A DNA stretch of 64,000 nucleotides from Gammaproteobacteria bacterium (lineage in GTDB: Bacteria > Pseudomonadota > Gammaproteobacteria > SZUA-152). Below the pieces are notes generated by a model. It made no database searches. It was not told the DNA's origin and saw only the letters and a list, made by a program, of their open reading frames with translations. The position numbers and the translations under genes were made by a program. The first letter of the stretch is position 1. Each line of letters opens with the position of its first letter. The DNA is taken from NCBI GenBank assembly GCA_029882975.1, contig JAOUJW010000014.1, positions 3,814 through 67,813 on the forward strand, read 5' to 3'. Below, piece by piece: positions 8,235-18,947 of the stretch.

Positions 8235-10286
8235 TTAATCGTCTTCGCTTTTTTTCCTACCTTGCCACTGCGGTACGATTTCCATCCACCGGGTGGTTCC
8301 CAGGCTATCTTTACTTGAGCCGGCGCCACTGCTGCTGACGTAGCGTCCGCCGCACCCGAAACAATAGGTATCATTTGTGGGAAGACTGGGTAGGGCATCC
8401 GCGCCGGGGCCTCCGGCGACAAAGGATAGCAAGTTGGAATTGGCTTGATTGGAGATTCTGGCGGTGCTGTAGCTGGTTGGGTCGGCACTGATAACCGTAA
8501 TGGTTTTGTTTCCCGCTTCTATAAAAAATCCATCACGCACCATAATTCCGCCGTTGATAAATTGATGTGTTCCATTGTTTTTCGCTTCCAACTCCAAGGC
8601 CTGGGGTACATAAACCAATCCGGAAATATTCACGTGATCGTGCATGTCAACCAGACCGCCGGTATAGAGATAAGCCGGTATATCTTCAAACTCTTCGCTG
8701 CGAATATCATTGGCTTTGAGTAAACCCAACACGCCGGGGGGTAGTCCAAACTTGGGACAGGTCGAACCGTCAGACTGTAGACATCCTGCCGGGGGAAGTG
8801 TGGCCCAGGTTGCGGCGCTGAGCTGTAGCTTGTCGAATGCTTCTGCCCAGCTATCGGCGTATCCGGACGACATTAGCAAATGGTATTGGCTGGCGGGGTT
8901 TAAGTTGGAAAATTCGGTGCTCAAGTCTTTGCCGGTTTCATATTTAAACTGATCTTTTGAGGATTGGTGGATATCAGCCAAGTTAATGCTCGGAGTGAGT
9001 ACGCCGGCTTTTTGTTTGTTGCTGATGGCATCAATCACCGGTAAATTGTCCATGGTGCCATTGTCATCGGCATCGTGGGTGCCGTTAACGATGATGGGGA
9101 TTTCCACTTTAAAGTAGAGTTCTTTGGGGGCAAAAGGCAGTTCATCCAGAGCGATGGGTGAGGCGGTGATATGGTCCACAAAGTCCCACATTAAAGTACC
9201 TTTGACTTTGATTTTGGCAGTTGCCGGTAAAGTAACGCCGCACAAGGTGGTATTGTTGGCAATAGTCGTGAAATGTCCGCCGCCTAAGCCAGGGGCGCAG
9301 GCGCATTCACCGGCACTGGTCGTATTGCCACAAAATCCATATAAGTTGGATGCGACTACCGTTTGTCCCAAGGCGTTTTTGACGCAAGAGGCGCCGGTAC
9401 ACTGACCTTTTTCCAGTCCGACCTTAACTCGCACAATACCGTACATGGTGCGATCATTGGCAATATTGTCCAGAAATTGTTTGAAACTTATGCTGCCGTA
9501 AGTGCCGACCGGGGTTAGCAAAGTGTTTACATTGGCGCTCAGCCAGTCGGCGGTGCTGCGCAATCGATTGAGTTCAAACATATGCTTGCCTCCCGCAAAA
9601 TAGTTCAGCTGGCTTGCGGTCCCGAAATTGTTGTTGGAAACATTGTCTGCCTCCGCTCCAATTTGCAGCATGAGTTGGTGGGGAGTGTTGGCACTGTTGC
9701 GACTCATGGTTTGGTAGTCAGGTATGTTAATGGAGTTGCCCCCAACTCCGGTTTCAATGGTGGTCTTGTTTTTGTCGCAACCTGGAAAAAATGCCAAATT
9801 GGATTTAATGGCATGAACACCCGGTGTGGCGGTGTTATCTATGATAACGGTCCCTTTACTAGTGGACGCGCAAGAAGCAGTGGCTTCGCTCACTTTAACG
9901 GTCACTGTGGCTTTCTCGGTTCCGCAACTGACTTCCAGCGTGATGGTTTCTTTTGCGGAGCCCAGTTTGCCGTGCATGGTTTGCATGTGGGTGTAGCTAA
10001 ATTCACCGGTTCCGGCAAAGCCCGCCCCCATGGCCATAGAGCCGTGTCTGGGTTGTTTTTTCATGGAATAGCTGTAGGCACCACCGCAGCTTCCACCGGT
10101 GGTTGTGGCGGTAAAAGTGATGCTTTCACCCAAAGACATGGCTACGTCTCCGGCCGGTGATATATCCAACATGAGCGCAGCGCCGGCCGGATTGACCGGG
10201 GCGACACAGAGCCAAATGGACACTGCCAATAAAGCGGCAATACGTGTGTGGCTGTTGGGTTGTAAGGTACTCATGGTCAATCTCAT
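8235..10286 (-). CDS. Large secreted Cys-rich protein of unknown family, in the PilY1 position of the minor-pilin operon
   Basis: The ORF extends to 10370. Internal Met codons at 10286 and 10274 avoid overlap with the upstream gene and precede a signal peptide (RIAALLAVSIWLCVAPVNPAGA). It is the last gene of the pilin operon. I could see no PilY1/PilC propeller signature. Confidence 0.6.
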   Translation of the reverse strand: MRLTMSTLQPNSHTRIAALLAVSIWLCVAPVNPAGAALMLDISPAGDVAMSLGESITFTATTTGGSCGGAYSYSMKKQPRHGSMAMGAGFAGTGEFSYTHMQTMHGKLGSAKETITLEVSCGTEKATVTVKVSEATASCASTSKGTVIIDNTATPGVHAIKSNLAFFPGCDKNKTTIETGVGGNSINIPDYQTMSRNSANTPHQLMLQIGAEADNVSNNNFGTASQLNYFAGGKHMFELNRLRSTADWLSANVNTLLTPVGTYGSISFKQFLDNIANDRTMYGIVRVKVGLEKGQCTGASCVKNALGQTVVASNLYGFCGNTTSAGECACAPGLGGGHFTTIANNTTLCGVTLPATAKIKVKGTLMWDFVDHITASPIALDELPFAPKELYFKVEIPIIVNGTHDADDNGTMDNLPVIDAISNKQKAGVLTPSINLADIHQSSKDQFKYETGKDLSTEFSNLNPASQYHLLMSSGYADSWAEAFDKLQLSAATWATLPPAGCLQSDGSTCPKFGLPPGVLGLLKANDIRSEEFEDIPAYLYTGGLVDMHDHVNISGLVYVPQALELEAKNNGTHQFINGGIMVRDGFFIEAGNKTITVISADPTSYSTARISNQANSNLLSFVAGGPGADALPSLPTNDTYCFGCGGRYVSSSGAGSSKDSLGTTRWMEIVPQWQGRKKSEDD

Positions 10287-10323
10287 TTTTATATTTTCAT
10301 TTATAGCTATCTGCCGGCCTTGA

Positions 10324-11115
10324 TTATGGGTTACGGGCAATATTACTGGCTTCGGACAAGGCTGAAACAAAGCCCAACCTCTGAGAGGACTGATAAGTAC
10401 CTACATACCGTTGTAAAAACCGCTTAGCTCGTTCTACTTGCGCTACGGTCTGGACAAATAAATCAACCGAGTCGGCATCGTGCGGGTTTTGGGTGATTTC
10501 CAGCCACACCGCTGCTCGATTACCACTGGTTTCGCCGTCCCAGTTTTTTGCGGTGCTGCTAACAACACGACCGTTTTCATTCAAGGTGTAAAGCACCGGA
10601 TGGAATGCGGTACCGAACATGTCAGGAATGCGTAAACGTTGTCGACTTGCAGGTATTTTTTGTGTGGTTAAAGGGGTGACGGGTGCATTCGAAGCTTCAC
10701 CATCGGCCAGTTTTTGCAATAAAGACGGTTGGTTGACATCCAGGCCACCGGTTTTACTCACATAAAACATATAGCTGAACAGAAACGCATCCGGTGTATT
10801 CATGTTTTTCTGCAACAGGGCTCCTTCACAGGCATCTTGTGTGGTGCCATTGGCATCGATGCAATCGTTGCTGCGCACACTGACATCGGTGTCCAATCGG
10901 TTGGTGACAAAGCGGATTCTCAAGTGTTCCAGCGCGCTTTCTGCCATGAGCAGCGCTTTGTCCTGGTCACGTACGGAGCCGGAAATTTGGGTGCTATCAC
11001 TGCTTCGGGAAAATAGTTGCGAAGCGGCCACGCCCAGGATCAACAAAAAAATGGAGGCCAGTAACAGTATGTAACCGGTTTGTTGTCGACGTCGGTTGTA
11101 GAGTATTTGTGCCAT
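10324..11115 (-). CDS. pilX: PilX-like type IV minor pilin / pilus assembly protein
   Basis: 263 aa. The N-terminus RRRQQTGYILLLASIFLLILGVAASQL is a PilX_N-type hydrophobic helix without Glu5. It sits after the pilW-like gene. Confidence 0.5.
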   Translation of the reverse strand: MAQILYNRRRQQTGYILLLASIFLLILGVAASQLFSRSSDSTQISGSVRDQDKALLMAESALEHLRIRFVTNRLDTDVSVRSNDCIDANGTTQDACEGALLQKNMNTPDAFLFSYMFYVSKTGGLDVNQPSLLQKLADGEASNAPVTPLTTQKIPASRQRLRIPDMFGTAFHPVLYTLNENGRVVSSTAKNWDGETSGNRAAVWLEITQNPHDADSVDLFVQTVAQVERAKRFLQRYVGTYQSSQRLGFVSALSEASNIARNP

Positions 11116-11131
11116 CGTGCTTCATCTGGGT

Positions 11132-11716
11132 TCAGTTACGCGGCAATACATAGCCCTGGAATACGGTTTGTGACGGGGCCATGTCCGATTTTAGTGTAGC
11201 CAAACTGGCCAGTGTCAGTTCGAAATATTTACCGCCCGCTATGGGTTTAACCTGAAAATTGGTAATGCTGGTTTCCATGCTGGCAGCGTGACCCACTAAA
11301 GTTTCCAAGACTGCAGAATTCAAGCCAGATAAGCTGGCAGCCTTACCGATACGTAATTCATTGGGATGGTTAATGGTGTTGCCATTTTCCCACTGGATAC
11401 GAATCGCATTATCCGAATAAGGCGAAACATCGTTGGGCCAGATGGGGTAGCCTGCCGGTATGGTCAGATCAAGAATGGTGCTGGTATCTGTGGTGGTGAT
11501 TTTAACGCTGCTGCGCTGGGATTGTCGCAGCAAACGGCTGACCATATCAAAGGCCGCTTTACCTTCCTCATTGGCCTTGGTTTTCAGATTGTGGCTGACA
11601 ATAACATTGCTACTGGTGCTGAATGTGGATACCACGGCCAGCGACAAAATGCTGGCGACCGCAATGGAAACCATTGACTCGACAAATGACATACCTAGGG
11701 ACTTTTTCATCTTCAT
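11132..11716 (-). CDS. pilW: PilW-like type IV minor pilin
   Basis: 194 aa. The prepilin-type N-terminus is KKSLG/MSFVESMVSIAVASILSLAVV (Gly-1, Glu+5). It overlaps the pilV-like stop by 4 nt. Confidence 0.5.
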   Translation of the reverse strand: MKMKKSLGMSFVESMVSIAVASILSLAVVSTFSTSSNVIVSHNLKTKANEEGKAAFDMVSRLLRQSQRSSVKITTTDTSTILDLTIPAGYPIWPNDVSPYSDNAIRIQWENGNTINHPNELRIGKAASLSGLNSAVLETLVGHAASMETSITNFQVKPIAGGKYFELTLASLATLKSDMAPSQTVFQGYVLPRN

Positions 11717-12174
11717 GGCTTATTCACATAGAAAGTAAACGGAGCATGGATAGACTTGGGTCCCCGAAGGGTAACGAAAGTTACTTTAACGCCGACCGTA
11801 ATTGGGGAGATCCAGGTTTCCGGTTTGGGCTTGCCTTTTAGAAGATTGGTGCCGGCATCGTCAAAGGCCTCGGCAATGCTGATGGTAAACTTGTCCCTAT
11901 CGCCGTTGTTCAGTACTTCGATCCCTGGCGCAAAAGCGAGAATTTGGTTTTTAAAATCCTCAGGATTGTTATTTGCAGCCAAGTATACCGGTATCAAAAT
12001 TTGTGATGCGGTATTCAACGATACAGAGCGATTGTTATTGTCTACACTGCTGCGTAGGGCGCTGGTGGAGATTTTGCTGATGCCTATCAAACCAATGGCA
12101 AACACAGCCAGGGCGATTAAAACCTCCAGCAGTGCAAATCCTTGGTTTGTTTTTGAGCGCATCAACTTCATCAT
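11713..12174 (-). CDS. pilV: PilV-like type IV minor pilin
   Basis: 153 aa. The N-terminus RSKTNQG/FALLEVLIALAVFAIGLIGI is typical of PilV. Confidence 0.6.
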   Translation of the reverse strand: MMKLMRSKTNQGFALLEVLIALAVFAIGLIGISKISTSALRSSVDNNNRSVSLNTASQILIPVYLAANNNPEDFKNQILAFAPGIEVLNNGDRDKFTISIAEAFDDAGTNLLKGKPKPETWISPITVGVKVTFVTLRGPKSIHAPFTFYVNKP

Positions 12175-12179
12175 GGCGA

Positions 12180-12614
12180 CTATTGGGACAAAATCTGTCC
12201 GGACAGGGTGGCAATGGTGATGTTTTTTCTCAGCGCCGGGTCATATGTGGACTTCAGAGAAATAGTGCCGGTATTATTGACTGTACCAAAGCCGTTAAAA
12301 CGATAGCTGGCGCTGTCTACAGCCGTGACCCGCGACAGAGATATGGTTTGAACCACGGTGTCATCCGGTAGGCTTAAAGTGATTGCGCCGCTGTTCTGGA
12401 TAAAGTTTACATTAATGTTGGTGTTTTCCGTGCGAGCCAGTGTTTTAGCTTTGCGCAGTGCCAGAGCTGTAGTTTCGGCGGCATCTTTGAGTGCTGCTCG
12501 AGCCATGGTGGTGGCCAGGTCCGGTAAGGCTATAGAAGCGAAAATGCTGAAAATGGCAACCACAATGATCAGTTCGATTAAAGTGAAGCCGTGACTGGTG
12601 TTTTGGTTTGTCAT
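12180..12614 (-). CDS. FimT/FimU (GspH-like) type IV minor pilin
   Basis: 144 aa. The N-terminus is NTSHG/FTLIELIIVVAIFSIFASIALPDL, followed by ARAALKDAAETTALALRKAKTLA, the GspH/FimT pattern. Confidence 0.6.
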   Translation of the reverse strand: MTNQNTSHGFTLIELIIVVAIFSIFASIALPDLATTMARAALKDAAETTALALRKAKTLARTENTNINVNFIQNSGAITLSLPDDTVVQTISLSRVTAVDSASYRFNGFGTVNNTGTISLKSTYDPALRKNITIATLSGQILSQ

Positions 12615-12636
12615 GCGCCCCTCCTGCTATATCGAA

Positions 12637-13071
12637 TCAGCACGACGTGCTGGGCGATAATATCCAGCAGTTTTTGCTTAAAACACTGCCGTCAAAAGAT
12701 GTTGTGGTTTTGGTACCGTGGTGATCAATGGTGAACTGGAAGTCACCGCTGAGCCCCAGTCCCACATTGGCTTTGTTACTGGCAGTCCAGGTAAAGCTGT
12801 GGGCGGCTCCGCTGCAAGCGAAGTTGAAGTGTTTATTGGCCGGTGCGGCGACAGCGCAAGTGCCATCGGCCTTGATGTAACTATGTTCATCCTGGTAGTG
12901 TTGGCTGCTGAGCAATTGCAATTCACCCAGGTGGCTCGTGGCTTCCGTGATCTTGGCGCGTTTGACATGCCAGGCGTAGCTCGGGTAACCCAGTGATACA
13001 ATCAGTGATATGAGCGCTACTACGATGATGATTTCAATCAGGGTGAAGCCGTGCTGGTGTTTGTGATTCAT
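12637..13071 (-). CDS. pilE: PilE-like type IV pilin
   Basis: 144 aa. The N-terminus is HKHQHG/FTLIEIIIVVALISLIVSLGYPSYAWHVKRAKITEA, with C-terminal Cys residues. It is the first gene of the operon. Confidence 0.65.
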   Translation of the reverse strand: MNHKHQHGFTLIEIIIVVALISLIVSLGYPSYAWHVKRAKITEATSHLGELQLLSSQHYQDEHSYIKADGTCAVAAPANKHFNFACSGAAHSFTWTASNKANVGLGLSGDFQFTIDHHGTKTTTSFDGSVLSKNCWILSPSTSC

Positions 13072-13320
13072 TTTGCAATTCTTTAATTGAAGTCTGTCAC
13101 AATATTAGAAATCTGGATGAATTTTAGCCATACCACTGGTCCATACAACTGGGCCCTTAATCGTATAAGGTGTAAAAAACAGATTATGATATAGTGAATA
13201 CCGATATAAAAAATGGTCTTGTTTGGGGCTTCTCACAGCGAATAAACGTTGTAAAATTCGTGTCTTGCGAACTTGCAGGATTCTGGGTCGCGTATTGAAA
13301 CAAAACAGGGGAGAAAGTTA

Positions 13321-14220
13321 ATGCGGAATAGAAATGTGGTGCGATGGTTAATACTGGCACTGGCGGGTTCTGTCAACGTGGCGTGCGTTTCCCAGTCCAG
13401 TTATGACGAAGCGGTAGCCGCCCATGAGGCCACGAAAGAGGAAAAAATGGAGCTGAGCAAGAAGCGCGGAGCTTTGGAGGCCAACAATCTGTTTTTGCAA
13501 AATCGCCTTAATGACCTGGAAAAAGAATTTGAGCGTTTGGGGCTCGAGTTGAACCAGAAAACCAATACTCTCAGTGTAAAAAACCAGGAGCTGGCCAAAA
13601 AAAGTGAAATGTTGGGAGCCAAGAATGCCGAGTTGGATAATGCCAGAAAAGAATTGGAATCCGCATCGGCGAATTTAGCCGCCATCAACAAAGAACTGGC
13701 AGAAAAACAAGCGGTGCTTAACAAAACCCAGGATGAATTACGTAAAGCCAGTGAATACATTAAGAAAACTCATAACCTCTATGACTCATTGGTGGGTGAA
13801 CTGAAAAACGAGCTGGAGTCCAAGCAGGTTAAGATCAAACAAATGAAAGACGGAATCGATGTGAACATGTCTGAGGAGATATTGTTTCCCTCCGGGTCTG
13901 CCAAGTTGAACCCATCAGGTGATGCGGTGATTAAAAAAATCAGCGAACGTTTAAAGGATAAAACCTTTCAGATTTTGGTGACGGGCTTTACCGACAACAT
14001 TCCCATTCGCGGAAAGCTGGCTAATCGTTATCCGACCAATTGGGAATTGGCCGGTGCCCGGGCCGCTAGCGTGGTTCGATTATTAATCGCTTCCGGTGTG
14101 CCCAAAGAGCAGCTGGTGGCTGTGTCTTATGCAGAAAACCAGCCTGTTGCCACCAATGAAACCGACGAGGGGCGAGCGCAAAATCGTCGTATTGAGCTGC
14201 GTCTGCGGCCTTTACAATAA
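13321..14220 (+). CDS. OmpA/MotB-domain protein with a long coiled coil
   Basis: The ATG at 13321 is preceded by GGGGAGA; the ORF track starts at 13273. It has a signal/anchor sequence and a ~150-aa heptad-rich region. The C-terminal peptidoglycan-binding domain is FPSGSAKLNPSG...VTGFTDNIPI...NWELAGARAASVVRLL...NRRIELRL. Confidence 0.75.
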   Translation: MRNRNVVRWLILALAGSVNVACVSQSSYDEAVAAHEATKEEKMELSKKRGALEANNLFLQNRLNDLEKEFERLGLELNQKTNTLSVKNQELAKKSEMLGAKNAELDNARKELESASANLAAINKELAEKQAVLNKTQDELRKASEYIKKTHNLYDSLVGELKNELESKQVKIKQMKDGIDVNMSEEILFPSGSAKLNPSGDAVIKKISERLKDKTFQILVTGFTDNIPIRGKLANRYPTNWELAGARAASVVRLLIASGVPKEQLVAVSYAENQPVATNETDEGRAQNRRIELRLRPLQ

Positions 14221-14254
14221 TTGCCTGCGGCCCGGTCCTTATAGCGCCGCAACT

Positions 14255-15616
14255 TTATTCACTGTTCAGCGGCACACCGATGAGATCGTGCTCGGTGGCG
14301 CCGCTGATTTCCACTTCCAAAAAATCGCCCGCTTGGGCCGTGTCTGCGCCATCCAGAATAACCACGCCATCAATCTCCGGGGCATCGGCGGTGGTGCGAG
14401 CCAGCAACAAATGATCTTCGGATAGTCCATCGACCAATACCGTCATGCGTTGTCCGATTTTTTGCCGGAGTTTGTCGGCGCTGATTTGTGCCTGTGCTTC
14501 CATGAAATGTTGCAGCCGTTCCTGTTGCAATGTCTCGGGTACGGGGTTGGGTAATGCGTTGGCTTTGGCTCCTGCAACGGGAGAGTAGGCGAATGCGCCC
14601 ACCCGATCCAGTTGGGCTTCCTGTAAAAAATCCAACAACATTTGAAAATCCTGTTCTGTTTCTCCGGGGAAGCCCACAATAAAAGTGGAGCGTAAAGTGA
14701 GTTCCGGGCAGTGTTTGCGCCAGGTTTGAATGCGATCTAAAGTGCGGTCGATCTTGCCCGGACGCTTCATAGCTTTTAGTACATTGGGGCTGGCGTGTTG
14801 CAGTGGCATGTCCAGATAGGGAAGAATTTTACCTTCCGCCATAAGAGGTATCAGTTCCTCCACATGAGGATAGGGGTAGACATAATGAAAGCGAACCCAA
14901 ACGCCCAATTGGCTTAAACCCTTGGCCAGGTCGGTCATATGGGTCTTAAAGGCCTGGTTATTCCAAAATTGTGTTTTGTGTTTAATATCCAAACCGTAGG
15001 CGCTGGTATCCTGAGAGACCACCAGTAGTTCTTTGGTGCCTGCCTGTACCAGATGGTGGGCTTCCTGCAACACTTTATCCACAGGCCGGCTGGCCAGGGG
15101 CCCTCTTAAATCGGGGATAATGCAGAAAGTGCAGGTATGGTTACAGCCTTCGGATATTTTTAAATAGGCATAATGTTTAGGTGTCAGTTTAATCCCGGAT
15201 TGCGGGACCAAGTCCATAAACGGGTCATGGGGTTTAGGCAGGTGCCGGTGAATTGCCTGCATGACTTCTGCGGTGGCATGAGGCCCGGTAACGGCTAATA
15301 CATTGGGGTAGCGATCTTGCACCAGACTATCACGCGCACCCAGGCAACCTGTGACAATGACTTTGCCGTTTTCATCCAGGGCCTCGCCAATGGCTTCCAG
15401 CGATTCTTCCACGGCGCTATCAATAAACCCGCAGGTATTCACCACCACCAATTGGGCTTCATCGTAATCTGTGCTGATCGCATAACCTTCAGCCCGCAGC
15501 TGCGTAAGGATGTGTTCCGAGTCCACCAGGGCCTTGGGGCAGCCCAAGCTGATAAAACCCACCTTGGGTGCCTGGTTGGTTTTTTTCGATTCAGAATTGG
15601 GGTCCGATGAATTCAT
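14255..15616 (-). CDS. rimO: Ribosomal protein S12 methylthiotransferase RimO (radical SAM)
   Basis: [20 protein letters not shown] is the N-terminal UPF0004 domain. [10 protein letters not shown] is the radical-SAM CxxxCxxC motif, and a C-terminal TRAM domain follows. The likely start is Met at 15616; the ORF extends to 15658. Confidence 0.9.
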   Translation of the reverse strand: MNSSDPNSESKKTNQAPKVGFISLGCPKALVDSEHILTQLRAEGYAISTDYDEAQLVVVNTCGFIDSAVEESLEAIGEALDENGKVIVTGCLGARDSLVQDRYPNVLAVTGPHATAEVMQAIHRHLPKPHDPFMDLVPQSGIKLTPKHYAYLKISEGCNHTCTFCIIPDLRGPLASRPVDKVLQEAHHLVQAGTKELLVVSQDTSAYGLDIKHKTQFWNNQAFKTHMTDLAKGLSQLGVWVRFHYVYPYPHVEELIPLMAEGKILPYLDMPLQHASPNVLKAMKRPGKIDRTLDRIQTWRKHCPELTLRSTFIVGFPGETEQDFQMLLDFLQEAQLDRVGAFAYSPVAGAKANALPNPVPETLQQERLQHFMEAQAQISADKLRQKIGQRMTVLVDGLSEDHLLLARTTADAPEIDGVVILDGADTAQAGDFLEVEISGATEHDLIGVPLNSE

Positions 15617-15686
15617 AGCGCCGACTGACAGGTGATCAAAAGACGGGCATTTTAGCATACCCGCGTGATCAAATACGCAATGGTTT

Positions 15687-18242
15687 TTATTGATTTTGTA
15701 GCGCAGCTTGAATTTTGCGGATTTCCTGGGTGATGATGTCAGAATCGCTGCGTAACCATTTTTCCAAGTGGCTGACCTTTAGGGGTGGGCTGAGAAAATA
15801 GCCTTGGGCGGAGTCGCAACCTAACACTTGCAGGGCTCGGTATACTTCCGGTGTTTCCACTCCCTCGGCGACAACACTGAGCCCCAGGTCGTGTGCCAAC
15901 TCTATGGTTGAGCGGACAATGAGTTGATCGCTTTCATTTTTCTCCAGTCCCATAATGAAAGACTGATCGATTTTGAGCTCGTCAACCGGTAACTGGTTCA
16001 AATAGGTTAAGGAGGAGAATCCGGTACCGAAATCGTCAATGGCCAGTTTGACGCCCATGCGGTCCAGTTTTTTCAGGGTCTCAATGGCCTGTGCGGGATT
16101 GGCCATCATAGAACTTTCGGTGATCTCCAGCATTAGATTTTCCGGAGGCAGTTCCTGTGCGCGAAGGCACTCTTGAATATGTCGCACCAGTTCCGGGTCG
16201 CGCAAGTTGTAGACAGACAGATTCACCGCCACACTGAGGTCGAAACCGGATTTTCTCCAGGCGGCACACTGAGCGGTGGCAGCTCTGATGATCCATTGGG
16301 TTAGGGCGTTGACCAGGCCGGTTTGTTCTGCCAAGGATACGATTTGATCCGGTGGGATGGCGCCGAAACTGGGATGTTCCCATCGCAACAGGGCTTCCAC
16401 GCCCATCACGGTACCGTTATCCATGGAAAACTTGGGCTGATAATTCAGTTCCAGCTCGTTTTCATCAATGGCGACCCGCAAATCCCCCATGAGTGACAGG
16501 CGACCCACGCTGTAGTCGTCTTCCCGGGTATCGTAAATGCTATAGCCACATTTATTGCGTTTAGCGACGTACATGGCCACGTCGGCATGTTGTAGCAGGG
16601 TATCTCCATCTTTGCCATTGTCCGGGTAGTTGGCAATACCAATGCTGGCATTGATAAATAAGTTAACTTCATCCACCGTAACGGAGGATTCCAGTTCCGT
16701 GAGGATTTTCTTGGCAATGGTAATGGACTGTTCCAAGTCTGTGTTGGGAAGCAGAATGGCAAATTCGTCACCGCCTAGGCGGGCAACAGTATCCATCTCT
16801 CTCAAGGTGTCACTCAAGCGGCTGCCCACCTCTTTAAGCAATTTGTCGCCCACATGGTGGCCCAGAGTGTCATTGACTTCTTTGAATCCGTCCAAATCCA
16901 TCATGAGTAAACACAAATGCTGGTGGGTGCGTCTGGCAATATGGATTGCATGGGTCATGCGGTCATGCAGTAATGCGCGGTTGGGTAGCTTGGTTAAATC
17001 ATCATGCAATGCTTGATGTTCCAGCTGGGTTTGGCGCAAACGAATCTGGTTGCGCATTTCCGTAAAGGCATCAATAAGATCCTGCGTTTCCTGCGATCTG
17101 GGTACGGGTAGAGTCACGTCATGGCCAAAGGCTTCGGCTTTTAACGCCTGAGTAATTGCGTCGATTGGATGGAAGATAAGGCGGCGCAAGGATAAGGCGG
17201 ACAGGAAGAGAAATACCAAACCGAAGCTGGCGATGATAAACAAAATTTGGGTTTGTAGGCCAGCGACATCGGAAAGGGTACGGAAGTCCTTACCGGCGGT
17301 ATCTTTGATCTCTATGTCCACCAATTGCAGTAAGCGCGAAATATTTTCCAGATGGGGTTCTATACGTTCCTGAATTAATTCGGCATCTGCGCGCCAAGCA
17401 CCGCTATGAATGGTTTTGACCTGCTGAAAGCCCTGATGCCATTGTTGCATTTTATCGCGCATGGTTTTCAGGGCTTCACTGGCTTGAAAGCCCAGGCGGC
17501 CTTTTTTATCCAGGGCGTTTAGGTGTTGTATGGACTGTTCCAATTGGGAGTAAAGAGTTTCAATCGCATGCTCTTGTTGTTTTAGACCTTCTTCATTGTA
17601 AGAGCCCAGACGGTTGGCCAGGTAGAGTCGAAACACAGAAATAACCTGGTGCCACAGATAGCGAGTCTCCACAAAACCACGATAAGCCACGGAGTTACGG
17701 TTATTGTAACCACTCTCCTTGATTTCGTTCATGGCCAGCGTCAATGCGGTGCTGAAATGTTGTTGTGAGGGCCCCAGGGTGGAACGACCGACACCCAAAG
17801 CAGGGAATTGTACGGCGGCGTCCATACGGGTCTGAAATAAGTGATCCATATCCAGCCGTAACGAATGCAAGCCATGGGAGACTTGTTGCATAACATTGGT
17901 TTGGCCCCGAACAACGAACCAAACATGTTGTTCCAGGGCGGTGCTGCGTTCGAGAGCTTTGTCCAGCCAGAGAAAGGCTTGTGTGATGTATTCCTTTCGG
18001 GTTGCGTCGAACAAAAACGCATCCATGGCTTTGTAGCTTTCAAATAAATCGGAGCGAATACCATTGATGCTATAGGACAACTCACTGCGGTGAATAAAGT
18101 TGGTTTCCGTATCCTGGCTGATACGACGTACGTTTTGGTGTCCAACTAAAGCCACAGCCACAACCAATACGCCCATGAGTCCCGCGAAAATGGTGAAACG
18201 GCCTTTTAAGCTGTTCAGGAATGTAGAATTCAGCGGCGGCAT
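15687..18242 (-). CDS. Membrane sensor diguanylate cyclase/phosphodiesterase (GGDEF-EAL)
   Basis: 851 aa with an N-terminal TM segment, a periplasmic sensor region, a second TM segment and a HAMP-like linker. The GGDEF domain contains [11 protein letters not shown]. The EAL domain contains [14 protein letters not shown] and DDFGTG. Confidence 0.9.
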   Translation of the reverse strand: MPPLNSTFLNSLKGRFTIFAGLMGVLVVAVALVGHQNVRRISQDTETNFIHRSELSYSINGIRSDLFESYKAMDAFLFDATRKEYITQAFLWLDKALERSTALEQHVWFVVRGQTNVMQQVSHGLHSLRLDMDHLFQTRMDAAVQFPALGVGRSTLGPSQQHFSTALTLAMNEIKESGYNNRNSVAYRGFVETRYLWHQVISVFRLYLANRLGSYNEEGLKQQEHAIETLYSQLEQSIQHLNALDKKGRLGFQASEALKTMRDKMQQWHQGFQQVKTIHSGAWRADAELIQERIEPHLENISRLLQLVDIEIKDTAGKDFRTLSDVAGLQTQILFIIASFGLVFLFLSALSLRRLIFHPIDAITQALKAEAFGHDVTLPVPRSQETQDLIDAFTEMRNQIRLRQTQLEHQALHDDLTKLPNRALLHDRMTHAIHIARRTHQHLCLLMMDLDGFKEVNDTLGHHVGDKLLKEVGSRLSDTLREMDTVARLGGDEFAILLPNTDLEQSITIAKKILTELESSVTVDEVNLFINASIGIANYPDNGKDGDTLLQHADVAMYVAKRNKCGYSIYDTREDDYSVGRLSLMGDLRVAIDENELELNYQPKFSMDNGTVMGVEALLRWEHPSFGAIPPDQIVSLAEQTGLVNALTQWIIRAATAQCAAWRKSGFDLSVAVNLSVYNLRDPELVRHIQECLRAQELPPENLMLEITESSMMANPAQAIETLKKLDRMGVKLAIDDFGTGFSSLTYLNQLPVDELKIDQSFIMGLEKNESDQLIVRSTIELAHDLGLSVVAEGVETPEVYRALQVLGCDSAQGYFLSPPLKVSHLEKWLRSDSDIITQEIRKIQAALQNQ

Positions 18243-18383
18243 TATCAGTTAAGTGGTTGAAATAGGATATAATTAGTATTCCCATATCCTATCGGCCAGT
18301 AAGGTATTTTCTTGATAAAAACCGCTGATCGGGTGCGCGCATTTGGACTCGTGTCACTATAATGAATATAAGAAGGAGGCCTT

Positions 18384-18857
18384 ATGAACAGGTGGCGCAG
18401 ATTAAACTGGAAGACCGTCAGTGTAAGTGGGTTGGTATTGCTGATTTTTTCCGCTTTGTTGTGGGCAGATACGTTGCACCGCCTAAGCACAGAGGCATTA
18501 AAACAATCGGCCTTCCTCAGTGGAGAGAGCGGTGACAAACTGTTGTTTGAATTCCAGGGAGCAGATCCAAGTAAAGCTTGGCTAAAGCAGAATGGGCAGT
18601 GGCAGATCGAAGCTTGGGTGCGCCACAATCATTTTCGCTGCGGCCACTATCAGTTGGGCGTCCGATTTGGTCAGGGTGAACCGGCTTGTTTAAACGTCAA
18701 GTGGTTGACCGATCCCGTATTTATCAGCAATAAACGACAATGTAATAACTCAGTGATCCACCACAAAGGTTCTGAGTCTAGTGAGGAACTGGAGAAACTG
18801 TTTTCGAAAATCACCTGCGCCGAACAGGTGATCAAATGCGTGGGCATATGCGACTAG
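18384..18857 (+). CDS. Hypothetical secreted protein
   Basis: 157 aa. AGGAGG lies upstream of the ATG. The N-terminal hydrophobic segment is VSVSGLVLLIFSALLWA. I recognised no family. Confidence 0.45.
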   Translation: MNRWRRLNWKTVSVSGLVLLIFSALLWADTLHRLSTEALKQSAFLSGESGDKLLFEFQGADPSKAWLKQNGQWQIEAWVRHNHFRCGHYQLGVRFGQGEPACLNVKWLTDPVFISNKRQCNNSVIHHKGSESSEELEKLFSKITCAEQVIKCVGICD

Positions 18858-18947
18858 CAACAAGATGCTAATTACCGAACGCAGACAATAAATTAGCGCT
18901 GGTTTTGGGTATAATCATCCTTCTTCTATTTCCCAAGGAGCGGATCC

